Positions 36,820-43,978 of a stretch of 43,978 bases of DNA are shown one piece after another. Below the pieces are notes generated by a model. The model was not told the origin of the DNA. It made no database searches and saw only the letters and a program-made list of their open reading frames with translations. Both the position numbers and the translations under genes were made by a program. Position 1 is the first letter of the stretch, and each line of letters starts with the position of its first letter. The stretch comes from a virus. Taxonomy: Duplodnaviria; Heunggongvirae; Uroviricota; Caudoviricetes. Location: the IMG/VR virus record IMGVR_UViG_3300042563_002362; one strand, given 5' to 3'.

Positions 36820-37031
36820 AAGATTACGAAGACTCCTATATAACGACTCCAATCAAAAGCCCATTATTTGAATCTGTTGCATTATTGGTCGTGATGCCAT
36901 TTATGATAATCGGATTAGCTTTGGCATTTATATTCATTTTGATTACTCTTTTGGTTATGTGGCCTATTGTGCCTTTCTTTGTTTATGCTGAACGTAAAAA
37001 AGAATTAACCGCAGATGATCGAGAAGAATAA
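36816..37031 (+). CDS. Small membrane protein
   Basis: Long hydrophobic stretch. Confidence 0.6.
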   Translation: MKDYEDSYITTPIKSPLFESVALLVVMPFMIIGLALAFIFILITLLVMWPIVPFFVYAERKKELTADDREE

Positions 37032-37224
37032 ATGTGCATGCTGTAAGAATGTTTATGAAATCATGTGGGACGATGACACCGATGATTATTATTCAGACAG
37101 CATTGAAGATGATGATGACTCTATTTGTGAAGATGAACAATATCCTGAGTATTGTCCTTTTTGTGGAGTACATCGCGAGTATGGCGGTGAAGAAGATGGC
37201 TATGACTCATACAATGATAAATAG
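37015..37224 (+). CDS. Small acidic Zn-ribbon protein
   Basis: CACC..Y and YCPFCG motifs; D/E-rich. Confidence 0.7.
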   Translation: MIEKNKCACCKNVYEIMWDDDTDDYYSDSIEDDDDSICEDEQYPEYCPFCGVHREYGGEEDGYDSYNDK

Positions 37225-37229
37225 ATTGT

Positions 37230-37664
37230 ATGAGCCCATGGACATATCAAAACATTATCTTCGTTAAGGAAAACGCCGAACTAAAAATTGCCGAAGGCTG
37301 TATCGGATTCGTCTATGAAATTACAGATGTCTCAAACGGTAAAAAGTACATTGGTAAAAAGCTGCTAATCACCAAAAGAAAACGTCCTCCGCTTAAAGGT
37401 CAAAAGAGAAAACGTATTGACATTATTCAAAGCGATTGGGAAAAGTATTGCGGTAGTAGCGAAACAGTTAAGCTACTGGTTAAGGATCGACCTGATGATT
37501 TCCGTCGTGAAATACTTGAGTTCTGTAAAGCAAAGGGTGAACTATCGTACATTGAAGCAAAGTGGCAATTTGCAAAAGAAGTGCTGCTAAGGGATGATTT
37601 CTATAACGAGTTTATCGGCTGTCGAATTAATGCCAGTCATTTGAAAAATCTTTGGAAAAAGTAA
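37230..37664 (+). CDS. GIY-YIG endonuclease
   Basis: GFVYEIT..NGKKYIGKK, SDW..Y.GS, F.REIL, E..., FYN. Confidence 0.85.
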   Translation: MSPWTYQNIIFVKENAELKIAEGCIGFVYEITDVSNGKKYIGKKLLITKRKRPPLKGQKRKRIDIIQSDWEKYCGSSETVKLLVKDRPDDFRREILEFCKAKGELSYIEAKWQFAKEVLLRDDFYNEFIGCRINASHLKNLWKK

Positions 37665-37693
37665 TTTACATTGCGTCCAATTTTGGTTATAAT
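37665..37693 (+). promoter_or_regulatory. sigma70-like promoter
   Basis: TTTACA 37665-70, 17 nt, TATAAT 37688-93. Confidence 0.75.
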
Positions 37694-37715
37694 TTAAATC
37701 TAAAGAAACAATATT

Positions 37716-38588
37716 ATGTCTATTTTAGTTGACTACAGCGGAATCGCAATTGCGAGTATCTTTTCTCAGGTTAAGAACGACAAGATCGAAGAATCATTCA
37801 TTCGCCACCTGATCCTAAATACTCTAAGAATGTATAATGTAAAGTACCGAGCCAAGTATGGTCAGATGGTATTGGCATGTGATGGGGGTTCCTGGCGGAA
37901 GACATACTACTCTTACTACAAAGCTTCGCGCCGCAAAGGTCGAGAAGAGTCGACCCTTGATTGGACTGAGATCTTTCGTATCCTCAATAAGGTTAAAGAC
38001 GAGATTTCTACACATCTTCCTTATAAAGTCATTCAGACTGATGGCGCAGAGGCGGACGATATCATTGGCACTCTTGTTGCCAATACTCAAGAGTTTGGTC
38101 AGTATGAGCCAGTTATGATTATTAGCGCTGACAAGGACTTCATTCAGCTGCAGCGTTATGACAATGTTCAACAGTTCAGCCCTATGACTAAGAAGTTGCT
38201 AACTGATAAGAATCCGCATCGTTACCTCTTTGAGCATATCATAAAAGGAGACGGTGGTGACGGCATCCCAAACATTCTTTCAGCTGACGAAGTATTTGTT
38301 ACTGAAGGCATGCGTCAGACTCCAGTTCGTTCGACTAAAATCGAGGATTGGTATGCTGCATATAAGAATGGTACTATTGAATCTGTTCTTGGCGAAAATA
38401 CATATCGTAACTATGTTCGCAACCGCACTCTAATTGATCTTGAATGTACTCCATCGGATTTACGCGATGTTATCATTAATACATACAATGAGGCGCCTGT
38501 TGTTGGTAACTCAAAGGTGCTTAACTATCTGATTAGCAACCGATGCAATATGCTTATAGCCTGCGCTGAAGAATTTTTCATCAAATAA
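37716..38588 (+). CDS. rnh: T4 RNase H (5'-3' exonuclease)
   Basis: ILVD, SWRK..Y..YK..R, AEADDIIG, IISADKDF.QL, GDGGDGIPN, RN..LIDL. Confidence 0.95.
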   Translation: MSILVDYSGIAIASIFSQVKNDKIEESFIRHLILNTLRMYNVKYRAKYGQMVLACDGGSWRKTYYSYYKASRRKGREESTLDWTEIFRILNKVKDEISTHLPYKVIQTDGAEADDIIGTLVANTQEFGQYEPVMIISADKDFIQLQRYDNVQQFSPMTKKLLTDKNPHRYLFEHIIKGDGGDGIPNILSADEVFVTEGMRQTPVRSTKIEDWYAAYKNGTIESVLGENTYRNYVRNRTLIDLECTPSDLRDVIINTYNEAPVVGNSKVLNYLISNRCNMLIACAEEFFIK

Positions 38589-38591
38589 GCC

Positions 38592-39050
38592 ATGCATAAA
38601 TTAAATCGTAAACTACCACATGAGGTATTTGACCTCGTTCAACAAGCGACAAATGTCAATGAACGTGTTCGCATTCTTCAGGAAAACAATACATTCGAAA
38701 TTCAGACAATTTTACAAGGAGGATTTCATCCCGGTGTTATTTTCGATCTCCCAGAGGGAGCACCTCCATACACACCTGATACTGCGGTGCCTGGACTTCA
38801 ACCAACCCCGCTACACAAGCAGATTGGTTTCTTAGTCAACTGTGTAAAAGGTAAAGGAAGGTTTGACGAGAAAGATCGTTACACACGAATGCGCCGCGAG
38901 GCCCAGTTCATCAAGATCCTTGAAATTGCATACTCTAAGGATGCTGAAATTCTAATCGCCATGAAAGATAAAAAGCTTCATAAGCTGTATCCTTCATTGA
39001 CGGCGTCGGTTGTTCGTAAGGCATTTCCAAATATTCTACCGAGCAAATGA
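38592..39050 (+). CDS. Conserved T4-like hypothetical protein
   Basis: LPEGAPPY, RREAQFI..LE, DAE.L..MKDK, AFP. Confidence 0.75.
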   Translation: MHKLNRKLPHEVFDLVQQATNVNERVRILQENNTFEIQTILQGGFHPGVIFDLPEGAPPYTPDTAVPGLQPTPLHKQIGFLVNCVKGKGRFDEKDRYTRMRREAQFIKILEIAYSKDAEILIAMKDKKLHKLYPSLTASVVRKAFPNILPSK

Positions 39051-39307
39051 CATACACTTACCGTTGCAGCGCATGTAATACACAATGGGAAGATCGGCAT
39101 CCTATGTCGGAACGTGATGCCCCAACAACAAAGAAATGCCCTCATTGTGAATCTGAAAATACTGTAAAACGCATCATCGACTTTGCACCTCGTGTAAGCT
39201 ATGATGGAGCGAAGACCGTATTACAGCGAGCTGGGTCTGGTTGGAATGACGTGCTAAATAAGATCAAGAAGAGTAGCGGCCGACATACAAATATAGAAAC
39301 CCGGTAA
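39047..39307 (+). CDS. FmdB-like Zn-ribbon protein
   Basis: YTYRC..C and CPHC; GW.DVL.KIK. Confidence 0.8.
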   Translation: MTYTYRCSACNTQWEDRHPMSERDAPTTKKCPHCESENTVKRIIDFAPRVSYDGAKTVLQRAGSGWNDVLNKIKKSSGRHTNIETR

Positions 39308-39311
39308 GACT

Positions 39312-39464
39312 ATGGGTAAGAGTAAAAATAATCGCGATAAGGATAAACGTTCTTACTATAAAGATTATGCATATGATTGTCATAATCACAAACCTCGCAA
39401 AAAACGCAACCCTGACAATCATAACTCTCCATCGCGTAAGTTTGATCGGACTAAAAGCGTATAA
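39312..39464 (+). CDS. Small basic hypothetical protein
   Basis: 50-aa ORF MGKSKNNRD... fills the intergenic gap; below the ORF-track cutoff. Confidence 0.5.
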   Translation: MGKSKNNRDKDKRSYYKDYAYDCHNHKPRKKRNPDNHNSPSRKFDRTKSV

Positions 39465-39471
39465 TTAAAAT

Positions 39472-39813
39472 ATGGGACAAATTACAATACCGTGTAGGTC
39501 TGGGGAAGTATCTGATGGTTATCACACCTTTGATGAACTTTACGATCATCGCAGCGCTCTATACATGGCTTTTCTAAAAGGCCGTCCGCAACACTCATGG
39601 ATGAGCAAAAGACACTGCGATGATGCCTTATGGGATGGCTGGTTTATTGCTGGCACAACCCTTCCATCGGGTGACATTACATATCATCTTAACGTTAAGT
39701 TTTGGGACTCCTTAAAGAAGGCTGGTTTATCTGTTTTAGACAGAGCTCCAAAGTGGGATCGTCATACAAGTAAGGATGTCTATAATCGAATCATTGAATA
39801 CGTTGAAAAATAA
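39472..39813 (+). CDS. WDGH-like domain protein
   Basis: SDGYHTFDELYDHR, GWFIAG, ITYH, PKWDRHT. Confidence 0.7.
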   Translation: MGQITIPCRSGEVSDGYHTFDELYDHRSALYMAFLKGRPQHSWMSKRHCDDALWDGWFIAGTTLPSGDITYHLNVKFWDSLKKAGLSVLDRAPKWDRHTSKDVYNRIIEYVEK

Positions 39814-40442
39814 TGTCGTTTCTTAATCATAATATACCAGTCATCAGATGTATGATTAGAAACGAATTTCTATTCAATCATACAAAAGGACATAAATTAT
39901 TTACAAACTGCGATGTTCATACTGTGACGTCGATGGAAGGCAAGTCACCTCTGTTTGAATCGTTTTTAGAAAATGGTGTAAATTGGACAAGGCGTCCATT
40001 GCATGCTTTTGCTTGGAAGGAAGATGCGCCGGTTCGTAAATTAACAGACCATGTTTATTGGGATTGCTTTTCTAGTTATGTAGACGTTTCTATTAGACAT
40101 CGCTTACAAGGTCTTAGAGCACAATTGGTTTTACCTTCAAATGAAAAGCTTGAGGGACAATACCTATTTACTATAGATTGGTCTTTTGAAAATAAAGGCA
40201 TTTGTGATTATGGATTTTCTGAAGTATCAGAACATAAATGCGCACATGTATTTAAGATGGACGAAGGAAACTTTTTTGCATATCCAAACAATCGTATAAT
40301 TTGGTATGATAAGGCATGGACCTATAATAGAATTCAGTCTAACCCTGGGTACATTATTGATTCTGAAATTTACAGTGTTGAAGGATCTGCTAAATTGGAA
40401 TCTACACACGAATATATGACTAATTTTAATGAAGTTAAATAA
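39813..40442 (+). CDS. Conserved phage hypothetical protein
   Basis: LNHNIP, RRPLHAF, WDCFS, YLFTIDW, EHKCAH, YPNNR. Confidence 0.75.
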   Translation: MSFLNHNIPVIRCMIRNEFLFNHTKGHKLFTNCDVHTVTSMEGKSPLFESFLENGVNWTRRPLHAFAWKEDAPVRKLTDHVYWDCFSSYVDVSIRHRLQGLRAQLVLPSNEKLEGQYLFTIDWSFENKGICDYGFSEVSEHKCAHVFKMDEGNFFAYPNNRIIWYDKAWTYNRIQSNPGYIIDSEIYSVEGSAKLESTHEYMTNFNEVK

Positions 40443-41136
40443 AGATCGTAAATTCTTTGTTCATGATCCTATTGATCTTGGGTATGATAACCTAAAGGAC
40501 AACACCAGTTCTTCAGGCCGAACATACATTACTCCTGAAGGCAAGAAGTATCCAAGCATCACGACCGTACTTGGTGTACGCTCTAAGGAAGCTATTATGG
40601 AATGGCGTAGACGAGTTGGTGAAGAAGAAGCAAATCGCGTATCACGTCATGCAGCTGCTCGTGGAACTGCATTGCATACGGTTGCTGAAAACTACATCAA
40701 CAATGACGTTGAGTATTTTCCGTCTAACACGATGCCACATGTTCGTGCATTGTTCAAAAGCGTAAAGCCAATCATCGACACTTACGTCGGTACGGTGGTT
40801 CTTCAGGAAAAGCCACTCTATTCTGACCATCTTGGTATTGCTGGTCGTGTTGACCTTGTTGCCGAATTTAACGGCAAGCTATCAATTGTTGACTTTAAAA
40901 CGTCTAAGCGCCGCAAAAAACGTGAAGACATTACGAATTACTTTGCACAAGCTACCGCTTATTCAATTATGTTTGAGGAACGCACTGGAATTCCAGTCCC
41001 TCAGTTAGTTATAATTATGGCTGTCGACGATGATCCAAAACCTATTGTGTTTGTTGAAAAACGTAATTCGTGGGTAGAAGAACTCCAAGGCGCGATTCTC
41101 GAGTACAACAAATCAATCCTATTTGGACATGCATAA
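40429..41136 (+). CDS. PD-(D/E)xK (Cas4-like) exonuclease
   Basis: YPSITTVL, RGT.LH...E, E..LYS, AGRVD, DFKTS, Q..AY. Confidence 0.88.
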   Translation: MKLNKDRKFFVHDPIDLGYDNLKDNTSSSGRTYITPEGKKYPSITTVLGVRSKEAIMEWRRRVGEEEANRVSRHAAARGTALHTVAENYINNDVEYFPSNTMPHVRALFKSVKPIIDTYVGTVVLQEKPLYSDHLGIAGRVDLVAEFNGKLSIVDFKTSKRRKKREDITNYFAQATAYSIMFEERTGIPVPQLVIIMAVDDDPKPIVFVEKRNSWVEELQGAILEYNKSILFGHA

Positions 41137-41785
41137 CCAAACACTATTACGTAACGGCAAAGGTCTATTAGACCTTATTAAAGGATCATCACAGTCAGAA
41201 TCATTTAGCGCAGACTATGGCTGCATTAAGGATTATTACTTATCAGATGAAATTGGAAGTCCAGATGATTATACACAAATGATACAGGATATTCGTTCAT
41301 CGCGTCAAACCGATGTAGTTAAGCTTCATATCAATTGTCCAGGTGGTAACCTATTTACGACCATTCAGATTCTTCAAGCAATGGCCGAAAGTGAGGCGCA
41401 TATTGTCGCAAGTGTCGAAGGAGCATGCATGAGTGCCGCAACTCTCATCTTCTTATGTGCCGATGAATGCATGATTACCAACCACAGCATGTTCTTGTTC
41501 CACAATTATAGCGGCGGAACATTTGGTAAAGGCGGCGAAATGTACCATGGTGTAATCCACGAACGTAAATGGAGTGAAGGTTTAATGCGCGACTTATACG
41601 GAGACTTTCTGACAAATGACGAAATCACTGAACTCATCAATGATAAGGATATTTGGATGGACGCAAGCCAAGTACTTGAACGTCTTGAAAAGCGCGGAAA
41701 ACTGCACGAGAAGAAAACGAAAGCTGCTGAGAAGGTAAATAACCGAGGAAAAAAGACAAAGGAAGCCACTCTTTTGACCGAATGA
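41129..41785 (+). CDS. ClpP-like serine protease
   Basis: LHINCPGG, CMSAATLI (Ser), LFHN (His), D.W (Asp). Confidence 0.85.
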   Translation: MHNQTLLRNGKGLLDLIKGSSQSESFSADYGCIKDYYLSDEIGSPDDYTQMIQDIRSSRQTDVVKLHINCPGGNLFTTIQILQAMAESEAHIVASVEGACMSAATLIFLCADECMITNHSMFLFHNYSGGTFGKGGEMYHGVIHERKWSEGLMRDLYGDFLTNDEITELINDKDIWMDASQVLERLEKRGKLHEKKTKAAEKVNNRGKKTKEATLLTE

Positions 41786-41816
41786 CCTAATTTTCACCGA
41801 AAACACCCGATTTGGT

Positions 41817-41942
41817 AAAATGCGCAACTTGTTGGTTTTCAACGGTTGCGCATTTTTAATGAAAAAAGGTGAAAATTTATGAAAAAAGTTATTTACATCC
41901 AGGGAGTTTCCGTTTATAATGATTCTGTAACGAAACTACCAC
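41817..41942 (+). promoter_or_regulatory. Early promoter cassette with inverted repeat
   Basis: Inverted repeat 41817-28/41845-56; TTTACA 41892-97, 17 nt, TATAAT 41915-20; leader CTGTAACGAAACTACCAC. Confidence 0.85.
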
Positions 41943-42308
41943 ATGCAAATCAATCTTGATATTACCACTCTTATCGGACAAACCGTAATCAAAGTTAAAA
42001 ATGACCTTGGTGGTCATGAAACGATCGCTGACCTTCGCCGTCAGGCTCGCGCCGAAAACTGCAAGCAGCGCGCCAAAGCATTGCTTGATCCGTCCTACAT
42101 TCCAGTCTTCGTGCGAGTCGTATTCTTTGGCCGTCTTGGCGAGAACAGCCCACATTCATGGATTTATCGTTCACGTAATAAAGGCTTCCGTAACGGATAC
42201 CAACGCATTGATACTCAACACGCGGCTGAACTCGCCGTTTACATCAACCCTATGTCCAAGAGTAATTGGGGTCTCCATCAAACCTCTATTTTCAAATTCG
42301 TCAAATGA
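41943..42308 (+). CDS. Hypothetical early protein
   Basis: 121 aa behind the promoter; GRLGENSP. Confidence 0.7.
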   Translation: MQINLDITTLIGQTVIKVKNDLGGHETIADLRRQARAENCKQRAKALLDPSYIPVFVRVVFFGRLGENSPHSWIYRSRNKGFRNGYQRIDTQHAAELAVYINPMSKSNWGLHQTSIFKFVK

Positions 42309-42898
42309 CTCCAGTCCCTCCAACACGTAAGACGACTCTTGTTCTTACGGCCGCATTTCAACCTTGTGGATTTTTCTCCGCACGCAGCGCAATCCGAAAC
42401 CTCATGGTCGGCGGCGTAAAGGCATATGACACTCATGGCAACATCCATGACTGGAAAAGCTGGATCGCCAACGACAATGGCTTGGAACCCGATCATCCTT
42501 CACTACGCAGTGTTAATGCTGACTGGGCAATTCCGACAATCGTCGTGATCCCAGGTTACTTCGGCAATCACAAGCGCCGTGGTAAGCGTCGCAGCCGAAC
42601 GATTAACCTCCGTCAGCTGTATCACGTCTATGATGGTCAGTGTCAATACTGCCTGAAGAAGATTCCTTACACGCATGCGACTCGTGATCACCTTCTTCCG
42701 CGCAGTAAGGGTGGAGGCAACCAGGATGACAACATTGTTCTGAGCTGTAAGAAGTGCAACACCAAGAAGTCTAACCACTTTCCATACTTCAACGCGCATG
42801 GCAGTGAAGTCAAGCCCAAGATCTTATCTGACATTGACTTCACTGCACTGTCTGAAAAGGTTCAGCGTCGTCCAGAGTGGAATACTTTCCTTGGATAG
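42305..42898 (+). CDS. McrA-type HNH endonuclease
   Basis: TLVL...F.P, CQYC, TRDHLLPRSKGG...DNIVLSCKKCN.KK. Confidence 0.9.
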   Translation: MTPVPPTRKTTLVLTAAFQPCGFFSARSAIRNLMVGGVKAYDTHGNIHDWKSWIANDNGLEPDHPSLRSVNADWAIPTIVVIPGYFGNHKRRGKRRSRTINLRQLYHVYDGQCQYCLKKIPYTHATRDHLLPRSKGGGNQDDNIVLSCKKCNTKKSNHFPYFNAHGSEVKPKILSDIDFTALSEKVQRRPEWNTFLG

Positions 42899-42951
42899 AG
42901 TGAAAGTATTTCATAATGTGAAGATTTTGTGCTTTTTAAGATCTCTTGAAG

Positions 42952-42959
42952 TATAAATA
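42952..42959 (+). promoter_or_regulatory. T4-type late promoter TATAAATA
   Basis: Exact consensus, 6 nt before ATG 42966. Confidence 0.7.
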
Positions 42960-42965
42960 AAGTAG

Positions 42966-43097
42966 ATGGCAAATAACGGTCATACATATACCACAGCATG
43001 GACACGACCTCTCAACGCGGTTGCCGAATCCTTATGCTCAGGCATTGCTATGAATGTAGGATTTAATGGACAAAAAGATCCAAGACTCCAACGATAA
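42966..43097 (+). CDS. Possible 43-aa late peptide
   Basis: MANNGHTYTTAW...PRLQR, between a late promoter and a terminator. Confidence 0.4.
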   Translation: MANNGHTYTTAWTRPLNAVAESLCSGIAMNVGFNGQKDPRLQR

Positions 43098-43120
43098 GCC
43101 AGAAGAAATTTTCCTCCCTG

Positions 43121-43160
43121 AAAACCTTCGTTCTGGCAACCCCAAACGAAGGTTTTTTAT
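43121..43160 (+). terminator. Rho-independent terminator
   Basis: AAAACCTTCGTT/AACGAAGGTTTT stem followed by a T-run. Confidence 0.85.
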
Positions 43161-43169
43161 TACCCAAAG

Positions 43170-43443
43170 AAAAAAGTTATTTACATACACCCATTTTCCG
43201 TATAGAATAAATTCACGATCGGCAACGGCAAACAAAAACCAATTCCGATCGCGAAGAAAAAGTTGAAAAAAGTTATTTACTTTCCAAGCTTTTCTGTATA
43301 GAATAAATTCACGATCGGCAACGGCAAACAAAAACCGAAGCTGATCCGATCAAAAAAAGTTGAAAAAAGTTATTTACTTTCCAAGCTTTTCCGATTATAA
43401 TAGTTCAACAATCAACGGCAGCTGTTACAACCTGCCGCTGAAC
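43170..43443 (+). repeat. Three tandem ~96-97-bp promoter-plus-hairpin units
   Basis: -35/-10 at 43180/43203, 43276/43299, 43373/43396; exact ~40-bp blocks shared between neighbouring units. Confidence 0.85.
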
Positions 43444-43449
43444 ATCAAA

Positions 43450-43661
43450 AAGCCAACCAAGTGCAAAAGAAACTTGGGAACGACCGTGGATGTACGGCTT
43501 GGAACCTGAAGAAGGTTGCGATGACAATAAGTTAAGAAGCAGGAGCACTCAGTCCCTGCGTAAAAAGACATAGCTGATGAACAGTTTTGGTTGTAGCGCC
43601 GCACGTTGCGGGGTCACGCTCCCATTGCTTTCAGAAGAAAGCCAAAACTATGTCAACTGAG
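43450..43661 (+). ncRNA. Putative structured ncRNA upstream of the tRNAs
   Basis: Several hairpins, long helix 43567-90/43641-54, pseudoknot CTCAGT 43548-53 / ACTGAG 43656-61. Confidence 0.55.
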
Positions 43662-43671
43662 AAATTTTCAT

Positions 43672-43758
43672 GCGTCAGTAAAGCAAGCGGCTCTTGCAGC
43701 GAGACTGTAAATCTCGTCCCTTCATTGGGGAGTGGATCGACACCACACTGGCGCACCA
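43672..43758 (+). tRNA. tRNA-Tyr(GUA), copy 1
   Basis: Acceptor GCGTCAG/CTGGCGC + A + CCA; anticodon arm CGAGA-CTGTAAA-TCTCG; long variable arm; T arm GTGG-ATCGACA-CCAC. Confidence 0.85.
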
Positions 43759-43765
43759 TTTTCAT

Positions 43766-43852
43766 GCGTCAGTAAAGCAAGCGGCTCTTGCAGCGAGACT
43801 GTAAATCTCGTCCCTTCATTGGGGAGTGGATCGACACCACACTGGCGCACCA
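43766..43852 (+). tRNA. tRNA-Tyr(GUA), copy 2 (identical)
   Basis: Exact repeat, 94-bp period. Confidence 0.75.
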
Positions 43853-43859
43853 TTTTCAT

Positions 43860-43946
43860 GCGTCAGTAAAGCAAGCGGCTCTTGCAGCGAGACTGTAAAT
43901 CTCGTCCCTTCATTGGGGAGTGGATCGACACCACACTGGCGCACCA
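43860..43946 (+). tRNA. tRNA-Tyr(GUA), copy 3 (identical)
   Basis: Exact repeat, 94-bp period. Confidence 0.75.
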
Positions 43947-43978
43947 TTTTCATGCGTCAGTAAAGCAAGCGGCTCTTG

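Larger units (their letters stand above)
43664..43978 (+). repeat. Perfect 94-bp tandem repeat (>=3.3 copies) running off the window end
   Basis: Units are identical; a partial 4th tRNA starts at 43954. Confidence 0.95.

Noticed and set aside
43567-43654. Hammerhead ribozyme (CTGATGA after a stem)
   Set aside because: No correctly placed GAAA-stem III-NUH; the residues before the stem I 3' strand are CCAAAA.
43587-43775. 62-aa ORF, plus other short overlapping or minus-strand ORFs in the track
   Set aside because: They overlap structured RNA/tRNA or well-supported + strand genes and have no motifs or expression signals.
43170-43978. CRISPR array
   Set aside because: The repeats are promoter units and whole tRNAs with no unique spacers. 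The Cas4-like gene is a common stand-alone phage exonuclease and no other cas genes are present.
1-43978. Stop-codon reassignment
   Set aside because: Conserved genes are full length in the standard code, and TAA, TGA and TAG all terminate genes.
1-43978. Specific host assignment
   Set aside because: Low SD use, TTTACA/TATAAT promoters and class Id RNR are suggestive only; they are not enough to name a host.

Overview
This window is a gene-dense, almost entirely + strand segment of a large T4-like (Tevenvirinae/Kyanoviridae-style) myophage genome read in the standard code. In order it holds: (1) an NAD+/ADP-ribose module (5'-truncated PRPP-synthetase-like gene, NAMPT-like gene, NDT-like protein, NADAR) with a pseudoknotted intergenic RNA; (2) small early genes behind repeated hairpin-plus-sigma70 promoter cassettes; (3) a DNA hypermodification cluster (dCMP hydroxymethylase, Nmad1-like protein, GT-A, BGT-like GT-B, GT75/STELLO-like protein, GDP-mannose 3,5-epimerase-like protein, atypical C5-methyltransferase); (4) uvsX, gp40 and a gp41 helicase carrying a cis mini-intein in Walker A plus a gp41-1-type split intein, fractured around a free-standing HNH/NUMOD3 endonuclease; (5) a late block in which many proteins start with T4-type capsid-targeting leaders (AAA ATPase, nuclease-like, ligase-fold, nucleotidyltransferase, polyprotein), plus an endolysin; (6) class Id-like nrdB/nrdA, GIY-YIG nuclease, RNase H, Cas4-like exonuclease, ClpP-like protease and an HNH protein; (7) a stable-RNA region with three tandem promoter repeats, a structured ncRNA and at least 3 identical tandem tRNA-Tyr(GUA) copies running off the window end. 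The best candidates for an undescribed system are the hmC glyco-hypermodification pathway with its own sugar-remodelling enzymes and the capsid-packaged enzyme set. All family assignments come from motif recognition by eye; no database search was run. The host cannot be determined.
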